Shown piece by piece: positions 21,586 to 30,043 of a stretch of DNA of 64,000 bases (its first letter is position 1; every line of letters begins with the position of its first letter). The notes under the pieces were generated by a model. It had not been told where the DNA came from and ran no database searches. It saw only the letters and a list, made by a program, of their open reading frames with translations. The DNA is taken from contig JBHLMN010000003.1 in the NCBI GenBank assembly GCA_048938105.1, positions 320,001-384,000 on the forward strand, written 5' to 3'. This DNA is from Promethearchaeota archaeon. GTDB taxonomy: Archaea > Asgardarchaeota > Heimdallarchaeia > Hodarchaeales > Hodarchaeaceae. The translations under genes and the position numbers were made by a program.

Positions 21586-23742
21586 ATGACTTTGAAACAC
21601 AAAACTAGAATTAATATACTAGTATTTCTTATTTTCCTATCTATGTTAGCCTTTCCTTTCAATTCTACAGCGCAAGGCAAAACAGCGGTGCCCGCAGCTA
21701 CTACTGTAGATTATACCACAGGATTCAACGTGAAACTAGGTGACTGGCCTATTCTGACTGTGTATGGTTGGAGTGATTCGATGATGCAGAGCACATTACT
21801 ATCAACTTACTTCACTGATCTGGGAATTTCGACGACTCCAGCATTCATTGAGTATGGAACTTATGTCAATGATTTCAATGCAATGGACTTCGAACTCATG
21901 AATTTCTGTATGGGATTTGGTCCAGCTAATCGACCATTCGCCGCATATGGTGCATTCACAGGTCAGGCAGGTCAATGGGCCAACTATACAGGATGGTACA
22001 GCCCAGAATTTGTGAACCTTCGGACTCAATGGGAAACTATTGACCCAACGAATACCACAGGAGAGCAAGCAATCGCCTCTAAACTACAGGAAATTATAGC
22101 AAGTGAGATGCCATCTATTCCTATGTTTCCAAATGGATATTGGTATTCGTTTAATAAGAAGTATTGGGAGAATTGGCCCACTAAAACAAATAACTGGATC
22201 CATGTAAGTGCACCCTGGAATACTGGTGGTGCTGGAGTGATGATGATGTATTTACTCAACCTTACATCAACTGGAACACCTGCACCAATTACAGGACAAG
22301 GTGCCTCAACTGACGCAGTAGTAATGCCAGCACGAGATGAGATTATTTGGTCTAGCGGTTATTGGCAAGGCCCCACGGGTTGGAATCCATTCTTTTGGGA
22401 AGAAGCATTTGGATCCTTTATCATGTACCAACCACTTTTTGACATGAATTACGAGAAAGGTGAACTGATGCCAATATTAGGCGAAAGCATGGTCTGGAAA
22501 GATGAGGGGTCGTGTCTCGAGATTACACTTCGAGATGAAGCAGAATGGTCTGATGGTACTCCTGTAAATAGTCAAGATGTTAACTACACATACAACTACC
22601 TACTTGCTCCCTTTAGGTTTGGAGATTTCTCAACGCGAGTAAACAAGACGGTGATTGTAGACGATAAAACAATCCAATTCTATATGAACCCAAAATACAA
22701 CTACAGCCAAATTATTTGGGATGGCTTTATTGGATACAATAAAATCGGCCCAGCACACGTATGGGAAGAGCTTGTCCCATGGTGGCGAGATGTAGGATTC
22801 GCTCAAGATTGGGGCGGTTGGGAACTGCAGGAATTCAAAAACAAATGGCTGGAAGATATTACGCTACCAAACGATACTAAAATTCCATTCCCAGCGGAAT
22901 GGAAGGTTTGTTCTGGACCATACCATCCTTACTTCGTCTCCGATACCTTCGATAGGCACATTTACATAAGAGACGATGATTGGTGGGGTAACGATGTCTG
23001 GCAAGCGCCAGAAGCCAAGTATATGGGGCAACTACATTATGCTACCAATTTCGCGGTGAATCAAGCGTATGCAGCTGATGAGATCGATTGGTTTGGTGGG
23101 TATTATCCCCGTATTTGGGAGCTCATAGCTGATAATCCAAATATTGATACTTGGACTGAAGGTGCTGAACCCTATTTCCTCCCGATTTCTGGAATGGTTG
23201 AAGTAGTTCCAAACCACCTCAGATATCCGTTTAACGAGTATTGGTTAAGGGAAGCATTAGCATACGCCATCAATTATTACGACATGTCTGAAGTCTCTTG
23301 TAGTGGTTACCTAGAGAGAGCTCGCATGGGCTACCTTGACGATAGAAGCCCAACACAAGCATACCTTTACGATAGTGCAGTTGAAACGAAGTATCATATC
23401 GATTATAACCTAACGAAAGCAATAGAAATCTTAGAAGAATATTGTTTCAAACATACTGATGGAGCATGGTACACAAAAGATGTTCCTGAAGAATATCAAT
23501 CCATGCTTGGACACGATGGTAACCCACTTAAAGACGAACTTGGAGTTGAAGAAACATCGGAGACTACTGCTACTAAGACCGCTACCAAAACCGCTACCAA
23601 AACCGCTACAAAAACCGCTACAAAGACCAAAACTAAAACCAAAACTTCAACAAGTCAAGCTGGTCCTGGTTTCGAGATTCTCGTTATTGCTACAGCAGCA
23701 TTTTGCATGACATTAGCCTATAAACGACGAAGACGAACATAG
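21586..23742 (+). CDS. Family-5 (cluster C) ABC solute-binding protein, oligosaccharide-binding type, with permuted domain order, Thr/Lys stalk and PGF-CTERM-like anchor
   Basis: 718 aa; signal peptide; internal LRDEAEWSDGTPVNSQDV family-5 signature, SGPY, LREALAYAI; (TATK)n stalk; GPGF + TM helix + KRRRR. Confidence 0.85.
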   Translation: MTLKHKTRINILVFLIFLSMLAFPFNSTAQGKTAVPAATTVDYTTGFNVKLGDWPILTVYGWSDSMMQSTLLSTYFTDLGISTTPAFIEYGTYVNDFNAMDFELMNFCMGFGPANRPFAAYGAFTGQAGQWANYTGWYSPEFVNLRTQWETIDPTNTTGEQAIASKLQEIIASEMPSIPMFPNGYWYSFNKKYWENWPTKTNNWIHVSAPWNTGGAGVMMMYLLNLTSTGTPAPITGQGASTDAVVMPARDEIIWSSGYWQGPTGWNPFFWEEAFGSFIMYQPLFDMNYEKGELMPILGESMVWKDEGSCLEITLRDEAEWSDGTPVNSQDVNYTYNYLLAPFRFGDFSTRVNKTVIVDDKTIQFYMNPKYNYSQIIWDGFIGYNKIGPAHVWEELVPWWRDVGFAQDWGGWELQEFKNKWLEDITLPNDTKIPFPAEWKVCSGPYHPYFVSDTFDRHIYIRDDDWWGNDVWQAPEAKYMGQLHYATNFAVNQAYAADEIDWFGGYYPRIWELIADNPNIDTWTEGAEPYFLPISGMVEVVPNHLRYPFNEYWLREALAYAINYYDMSEVSCSGYLERARMGYLDDRSPTQAYLYDSAVETKYHIDYNLTKAIEILEEYCFKHTDGAWYTKDVPEEYQSMLGHDGNPLKDELGVEETSETTATKTATKTATKTATKTATKTKTKTKTSTSQAGPGFEILVIATAAFCMTLAYKRRRRT
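23566..23646 (+). repeat. Intragenic 12-bp tandem repeat (about 5 copies, consensus ACCGCTACMAAR) plus a 6-bp ACYAAA run, encoding (TATK)5(TK)3
   Basis: actgctactaag accgctaccaaa accgctaccaaa accgctacaaaa accgctacaaag accaaa actaaa accaaa act. Confidence 0.9.
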
Positions 23743-23751
23743 GAATAAAGC

Positions 23752-23782
23752 CTCTCCCCCCTTTCTTTTTTTCCCTTTTTTT
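23752..23782 (+). terminator. Pyrimidine/oligo-T tract after the SBP gene (archaeal-type terminator)
   Basis: ctctcccccctttcttttttcccttttttt starting about 10 nt after the stop codon. Confidence 0.6.
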
Positions 23783-24151
23783 AATAAAATTAAATCTCAT
23801 GATAATTCACCTCAAATTTGTAAGTAAAATTTACTTTAACCCAATTAAAGGAGTTAATGTTATCATCATGCCACTTTTTTTGATGTGTAAAGAATATAAT
23901 TGTAATGGAACAATGAAAAGACTTTTAAAACCGCAAATAAGAAAGTGGAGGCGATAGATAGTTATCAGATCATCTTTTCGTTCTTTACTTATGTTCTAAC
24001 AGGAATGTGACTGAATAAGTGTACTTACTCATCCCTTAATCATTATTCAAGATAAAACAAATTTCCTTGGATAGCGAAAACTCTTAAGAAAAAAAAGAAA
24101 AATTAACCCAAAAAGTGATTATAATTCCTTAGATGAGATATAAAATTATAG

Positions 24152-25288
24152 GTGAGAAATTTGTCTTCTTCAGTAGAGCAAATAACAGAGATAAAAGAGA
24201 AAAAAAATGTATTACTAAGAATAAAAAGCACTTTTTCCCATTCTTATGCCAAATTCATAATGAAAAAAGCTGGTTTTTATCTACTTGTGATTTTTTGTGC
24301 CCTTACACTCACATTCCTCATTCCTAGGTTAATGCCTGGTGATCCTACTGACAGACTACTTCGGCCTCCTCCGAATGTCAGTGACCCTAAACAGCTGGAA
24401 CAATACTATAAGATGAAAGACCTTATAATAGCCTATTATGGTCTTGATAAACCTATATTCCCTGATCAATTTGTGGAATTCTGGGATCATATGTTCCATT
24501 TGGATTTGGGAACCTCTTATAGTCTTTATCCAGTTTCTGTTGTGGACGCCATGATACCACGGATTTGGATGACACTCATCCTCGTGATTCCAGTATTATT
24601 CATTAGTTTCTTCCTGGGTAATTGGATTGGAGGTAAAGCAGCCTTTGGAAGTTTAGAAAAAGGATATTCAGCCCAATTAGCTGACTTAGTATACTATGTG
24701 AATATGATCCTGCAATCTGCTCCCTTCTACTGGCTTGCTTTAATCGTTTATCTGTATTTCGTGATCGAGCTGAGAAAGCAAGGTGTTACTATTTTCCCAA
24801 TTAATCACCCAGGAGGAGTGGGTCCAGAAATGATCCCAAGTGTCTCAATTGAATATTTCATTGAGCTTTTACGTCATTATGCGTTACCTTTTATCACATT
24901 ACTTGTTACTTTTACTGGTGGTTGGGCAACAGGTATGCGAGCTATGACTCTTTATGAAATGGAATCAGAATATTTGTTATATTCTGAGCAAATGGGATTT
25001 AGGAAAAAGAAGTTACAATCATATGCCCAAAGGAACGCCATTTTACCTCAATTTACTGGATTAAATTTAAGATTTAATGATTTAGTAGGTGCGACTATAT
25101 TAACTGAAGCCATTTTCGGTTGGCCTGGTCTTGGTTCCATGCAATTAAACGCAATCATGATGCTGGATTTTCCATTAATAATTGGCACTTTTATAATTAC
25201 TTTGGTTATTGTGGTCTTTGGTAATTTTATCGTTGATATTACATATGGATTTATAGATCCTCGCATAAGAACTGGTCATGGAGGTTGA
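24152..25288 (+). CDS. dppB: ABC transporter permease (DppB/OppB type)
   Basis: 378 aa; PRLMPGDP, YGLDKP, DLGTS, RNAILPQ, EAIFGWPGLG, DFPLIIG, YGFIDPRIR. Confidence 0.9.
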   Translation: MRNLSSSVEQITEIKEKKNVLLRIKSTFSHSYAKFIMKKAGFYLLVIFCALTLTFLIPRLMPGDPTDRLLRPPPNVSDPKQLEQYYKMKDLIIAYYGLDKPIFPDQFVEFWDHMFHLDLGTSYSLYPVSVVDAMIPRIWMTLILVIPVLFISFFLGNWIGGKAAFGSLEKGYSAQLADLVYYVNMILQSAPFYWLALIVYLYFVIELRKQGVTIFPINHPGGVGPEMIPSVSIEYFIELLRHYALPFITLLVTFTGGWATGMRAMTLYEMESEYLLYSEQMGFRKKKLQSYAQRNAILPQFTGLNLRFNDLVGATILTEAIFGWPGLGSMQLNAIMMLDFPLIIGTFIITLVIVVFGNFIVDITYGFIDPRIRTGHGG

Positions 25289-25292
25289 ATAT

Positions 25293-26144
25293 ATGTTGGA
25301 TTTGATAAAACAAAATCGAGTATTCGCTTTTGCAATAGCTAGTTTTATCCTCATAATTGGCTTTGGATTTATAGTACCATACTTTACTAGAGATCCACTG
25401 GATCCTATTTTGGATAGGTTTGGAACTAGAGTCATTTTTCGACCCCCATCACCAAATTATATCCTGGGAACTGATGATTGGGGAAGAGATGTCTTTGCTC
25501 AACTTGCTCATGCCACACGTAATTCTTTAGAAATCGGTTTTGTTACAGGAATCATGGTTGCAATAATTGGTGTTACTATTGGAACTGCTGCAGGCTATTT
25601 AGGAGGTTGGATTGATGAAATACTTATGTTTCTTACTAATGTCGTTCTTGTTTTTCCTGTCTTTCCAATGTTATTAGTTCTCTCAGCTCATCTAGAAGAA
25701 AGATCTATGTTCATGGTTGCAGCAATTCTTGCTATTACAGGTTGGCCTTGGGTAGCAAGAGCTTTAAGAGCCCAGGTTCTCAGCTTAAAGGAAAGAGAAT
25801 TTGTGAATTTATCACGAGTCTCAGGGATGAGTAATATAAGAATAGCTTTAGCAGAAATTTTACCAAACATGCTTGCTTATATTGGATTGGTCATAGCAAT
25901 AGTTACTGGCGGAGCTATTGTCGCTGAAGCAGGAATTAGCATGTTAGGCCTGGGTCCAAATCCTCTAGTAAACCCTACATTGGGAGGAATGCTCTATTGG
26001 GTCATTCAGAACGAATCGATAAGATCTAATTACTATTGGTTGTATTTTCCCCCAGGGATCATTTTGACCTACTTTTTTGTTGACCTTTACATTTTACATA
26101 GGCATATGGACGAATTGTTCAATCCTAGATTGAGAAGGCGATAA
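25293..26144 (+). CDS. dppC: ABC transporter permease (DppC/OppC type)
   Basis: LGTDDWGRD, AGYLGGWID, ARALRAQVLSLKEREF, EILPN, AEAGISMLGLG, NPRLR; ATG at 25293 follows GGAGG (ORF track starts at 25278). Confidence 0.9.
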   Translation: MLDLIKQNRVFAFAIASFILIIGFGFIVPYFTRDPLDPILDRFGTRVIFRPPSPNYILGTDDWGRDVFAQLAHATRNSLEIGFVTGIMVAIIGVTIGTAAGYLGGWIDEILMFLTNVVLVFPVFPMLLVLSAHLEERSMFMVAAILAITGWPWVARALRAQVLSLKEREFVNLSRVSGMSNIRIALAEILPNMLAYIGLVIAIVTGGAIVAEAGISMLGLGPNPLVNPTLGGMLYWVIQNESIRSNYYWLYFPPGIILTYFFVDLYILHRHMDELFNPRLRRR

Positions 26145-26148
26145 CTAA

Positions 26149-27132
26149 ATGTCTGACTTACTCTTGGACGTAAAAAACCTAAAAGGTTATTATAAGGGTG
26201 TTTTTGGTGTTGTTCATGGAGTAGATGATGTTACATTTACGCTTGAAAAAGGGGAAATTGTTGGTCTTGCTGGAGAATCAGGTTGTGGCAAATCCACTTT
26301 AGCTGAACTCATTACAGGAACCCCCAGACCCCTCTTACATTATGAAGAGGGCACGGTTATTGTTGATGGATTTAATATTTATGAAATTAACAAGGAAGAC
26401 TTGAGAACAGAGGTAAAGTGCAAGCGGATGTCATATGTCCCCCAAGCATCATTAGAATCTTTAAATCCCGTGAAAAAGATAAAGAATTTCATCATGGATG
26501 TGGTACGAGAACGAACTGGTAAAAAAGGAGAAAAGAAGAAAATTCAAAAGCTTGCAGCAGACCATTTTGCCAGAGTTGGCCTAGATAAAGATGTTCTTAA
26601 TCGCTATCCCCATGAACTTAGTGGTGGGATGAAGCAGCGGGTTGTAATTGCGATTTCTACTTTATGGAATCCAACACTTTTAATTATTGACGAACCAACA
26701 AGTGCTCTTGATGTCACCTCACAAAAACGTATGGTAAAAATGCTATCGGAAGTAAAAAAGGAAGGGATTATTCAAAGCATCTTATTTGTCTCCCATGATA
26801 TCGCTACTCTCAGACAAATATGTGATAGAATCATCATCATGTATTGTGGTGAAATTGTCGAAACAGGAAAGATGGGAGATATAATCAATAATCCACTTCA
26901 TCCCTATACGAAGGGATTAATTTCATCCATTGTTTCATTTAATCCAGACGGTACTCGTCCAGCTGAATTGAAAAGCATTCCAGGAGAACAACCTGACTTA
27001 AGGAACCCTCCATCTGGTTGCCGATTCCACCCAAGGTGTTATAGTGCTGGCACCCACTGCAAAGAGTATGAACCCCCAATCTATACCCCATCTGGTAAAG
27101 ATCATCAAGTGAAATGCTGGTTATTCAAATAA
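26149..27132 (+). CDS. dppD: ABC transporter ATP-binding protein (DppD/OppD type)
   Basis: GESGCGKS, YPHELSGGMKQR, IIDEPTSALD, HPYT, C-terminal CRFHPRC..C..C Cys motif. Confidence 0.92.
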   Translation: MSDLLLDVKNLKGYYKGVFGVVHGVDDVTFTLEKGEIVGLAGESGCGKSTLAELITGTPRPLLHYEEGTVIVDGFNIYEINKEDLRTEVKCKRMSYVPQASLESLNPVKKIKNFIMDVVRERTGKKGEKKKIQKLAADHFARVGLDKDVLNRYPHELSGGMKQRVVIAISTLWNPTLLIIDEPTSALDVTSQKRMVKMLSEVKKEGIIQSILFVSHDIATLRQICDRIIIMYCGEIVETGKMGDIINNPLHPYTKGLISSIVSFNPDGTRPAELKSIPGEQPDLRNPPSGCRFHPRCYSAGTHCKEYEPPIYTPSGKDHQVKCWLFK

Positions 27133-27148
27133 TCGAATTGGTGTTCTC

Positions 27149-27952
27149 ATGACCGCAAATGAATTGCTTCTAAAAGTTGACAAATTAACAAAAATATATT
27201 CATCTGGTCTATTAAGGACAATCCAAGTGATTGGAGCAAAAAATGTATCTTTTAATATTAAAAGAGGTGAAATTATTTCTCTTGTAGGTGAGAGCGGAAG
27301 TGGAAAATCGACAACAGCCAATATGATCTTGAAGCTAATCAAACCAACAAGTGGACATATTTTTCTTAATGATAAAGATATTTTTTTAATTAAAAATAGA
27401 AAAGAATACTATAAAAGAGTACAAGTGATATTTCAAGATCCATATTCCTCCTTTAACTTAGTATACAAAATTGATCGTATGTTAAACCAAGCTTTTAACC
27501 TTCTCGACACTCATTTCTCTAAAGCCACAAAACAGGAAATTATTGAAGATACTTTGGCGCAAATAGGTCTAAATGCAGATGAAGTTTTAGGCAGGTACCC
27601 TCATCAACTTAGTGGAGGGCAGCTACAACGATTTCTCTTAGCAAGAGTCTTAATTATCCGACCTGACTTGTTAATTGCTGATGAACCAACTAGTATGATT
27701 GATGCCTCGTCACGAGCAGGGATCCTGAATCTTCTTGAAGATTTAAAGGACGATACAGGTTTATCTGTGCTGTTCATTACACATGATATTGCTCAAGCAC
27801 AATACATATCCAGCAAGGTTTGTGTGATGAAAAACGGGGAAATTATTGAAAAAGGTCTATGTGAGAAAGTTTTTGCTCATCCACAACATCAATATACAAG
27901 AGATTTACTGGCGAGTATACCTGATCTGCATAATAAATGGGGGGATATATAG
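27149..27952 (+). CDS. dppF: ABC transporter ATP-binding protein (DppF/OppF type)
   Basis: GESGSGKS, FQDPYSS, YPHQLSGGQLQR, ADEPTSMID, HQYT. Confidence 0.92.
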   Translation: MTANELLLKVDKLTKIYSSGLLRTIQVIGAKNVSFNIKRGEIISLVGESGSGKSTTANMILKLIKPTSGHIFLNDKDIFLIKNRKEYYKRVQVIFQDPYSSFNLVYKIDRMLNQAFNLLDTHFSKATKQEIIEDTLAQIGLNADEVLGRYPHQLSGGQLQRFLLARVLIIRPDLLIADEPTSMIDASSRAGILNLLEDLKDDTGLSVLFITHDIAQAQYISSKVCVMKNGEIIEKGLCEKVFAHPQHQYTRDLLASIPDLHNKWGDI

Positions 27953-27998
27953 AGCAATATAGGATTTAAAAACGAAGAATTAAAATTGGGTAAAAAAG

Positions 27999-29099
27999 TT
28001 GAAAAACCGAAATTTAGCTTATATGATTATTTTTATTGGAATAATCATGAGTATTGGAATAATACAAATTAGATGTGTAAAGGCAGTAAGAGCAAACAGA
28101 AATGTCAAAAGGATTGGAAAATTTGATGACGGAGGCAAAGGTTTTGGTGTTTTTGTGAACAATTCTATCGCTTACTTAGCTGATGGTTATGAAGGATTAG
28201 ATACTGTAAACATTAGCATCCCGGAGGAGGCGTACAAATTAGGAAAGTATAATGATTATGCTGGCCAATCCAGAAGTGTTTATGTAAGTGGCGCTTATGC
28301 GTATGTAGCTGAAGGTGAACGGTATGGTTTAGAGATTCTCGATGTATCCGATCCTACTAAACCCATCCAAGTAGGAGAATATAATGAATTTGATGGTGAA
28401 GCTAGAGATGTTGTTGTTATTAATTCTTATGCCTTTCTCGCTGATTTTAAGAATGGAGTTAAAATTATTAATGTAACTGATCCGACCAATCCGACAAAAG
28501 TTGGACAATACGACGATGGTGGTGAGGCTTGTGGAATATATATTAATAAAACACTTGCTTATATTGCAGATGGAAACGATGGCCTTGAGATCTTAAATAT
28601 AAGTGATCCACTTAATCCAGTGGAAATAGGCCAGTGCTATGATGATAGTGGCAGAGCTACTGGGATTTTTGTCAGTGGTTCTTATGCGTTTGTGGCTGAT
28701 TTTGACAATGGGCTTGAGATCATTAATATAAGTGACCCAACTAATCCAATTGAAGTCGGGGAATGCTATGATGATAGTGGATTAGCTAATTCCGTATTCG
28801 TTGAAGGTTCCCTTGCTTATATCGCTGATAATCAAGATGGACTAGAAGTGATTGATGTCAGTAATGTCACTAATCCTGTTGAAATAGGTCAATTCTATGA
28901 AGAATATGGCCTTGTCGGCATGGCAATGGATGTTGTTGTTTACAACTCCTTTATTTATGTAGCTCATGGATCACAAGGATTAGAAATTCTGAAGTTTGAA
29001 ACATATTCCCCTCCCCCAGATATTATCCCATTTGTCGTTGTTGGAGCTGTAGTGATTGGTGTAGGAGTTTGGTTTTTCAAAGGAAAAAAAGAGGAATAG
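27999..29099 (+). CDS. LVIVD-repeat beta-propeller surface protein with a C-terminal TM anchor
   Basis: 366 aa; signal peptide; about 7 repeats of ~43 aa (AYxADxxxGLEIxxISDPxNPxExG); C-terminal hydrophobic helix followed by KGKK. Confidence 0.85.
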   Translation: MKNRNLAYMIIFIGIIMSIGIIQIRCVKAVRANRNVKRIGKFDDGGKGFGVFVNNSIAYLADGYEGLDTVNISIPEEAYKLGKYNDYAGQSRSVYVSGAYAYVAEGERYGLEILDVSDPTKPIQVGEYNEFDGEARDVVVINSYAFLADFKNGVKIINVTDPTNPTKVGQYDDGGEACGIYINKTLAYIADGNDGLEILNISDPLNPVEIGQCYDDSGRATGIFVSGSYAFVADFDNGLEIINISDPTNPIEVGECYDDSGLANSVFVEGSLAYIADNQDGLEVIDVSNVTNPVEIGQFYEEYGLVGMAMDVVVYNSFIYVAHGSQGLEILKFETYSPPPDIIPFVVVGAVVIGVGVWFFKGKKEE

Positions 29100-29113
29100 A
29101 TTCTGGAAAGAAT

Positions 29114-29887
29114 CTATTTTACTTGTTTCATGTTTCTACAGACGTTTTTGCGGAGAATAACAACCATCAGTGTGAATGCAATTAGTGAAATCGTACATTC
29201 CAATCCTGGAGTTCCATTAGCGGCATTTGAATTACTAGATTCGGGAGCTTCCCATAGAGAAGCTTCATCAGGATAATAATCCCAATAAGAGACGCCGCTT
29301 GTTAAGGTTTCTTTATAGACTGAAGTTGTATCAACTGATGTCCAAGACCAAACCTCAATATCCCAATTGCCAGAATTTGAGAGTATATCCCAAGAAGAAA
29401 TATCGCTTTTCCAAGAGAGACTTTTACTATCAGTGTCTATAGTGGGTTTATCAACACCATTTGATACACCACCAGTTTCATTTTTCCAAACATACCAAGA
29501 GGCTGATGATACTGTAGTAGAAGTTATTCCCCCCACTCTAAACCAAGCTGCGCCAGGAATCATATCACCCATAGTTCTTCCACCCTCAAAGTCAATCCAG
29601 ATTTCATAAATATGTGAACCATCAATAATAGGTGTGTCTTGGCATTTCAGGGTTACTGCTATCTTATTTTCATTGTCAACAGCTTCAACAGAAAGAGATA
29701 CAATATCAATCTCATTTTTAAAGTCACCTATTTTGTAATTATAGTCTGAACCATCCCAACTGATCATCTCAACATCATCTGTATCATCATTTGCTATATC
29801 CGCGTTTGGTAATGATTTTATGGGTATCAATAAGACGAGTACCAGTCCACAAGTAAGAAATGGAATTATTCTTAATTTTTTACGCAT
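29114..29887 (-). CDS. Secreted Trp/Asp-rich hypothetical protein with a PGx-CTERM-like anchor (possible DOMON/CBM9-like beta-sandwich)
   Basis: 257 aa; signal peptide; DDTDDV..EIDIVS..YEIWID; S/N linker, TPGL + TM + RK. Confidence 0.6.
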   Translation of the reverse strand: MRKKLRIIPFLTCGLVLVLLIPIKSLPNADIANDDTDDVEMISWDGSDYNYKIGDFKNEIDIVSLSVEAVDNENKIAVTLKCQDTPIIDGSHIYEIWIDFEGGRTMGDMIPGAAWFRVGGITSTTVSSASWYVWKNETGGVSNGVDKPTIDTDSKSLSWKSDISSWDILSNSGNWDIEVWSWTSVDTTSVYKETLTSGVSYWDYYPDEASLWEAPESSNSNAANGTPGLECTISLIAFTLMVVILRKNVCRNMKQVK

Positions 29888-30043
29888 TATTAGTCTGACT
29901 CCTGTTACTTAAACGTTTTTGACAAAGCGCCCTCACAATGAATTTAGTTTATTATATGAATTTTCCTCTATTATTTGATCTGTCACACATTTTCTATATT
30001 TTAATAGATGAATTCAGAACGATTCAAAGGAGGGAGTTTTGTC

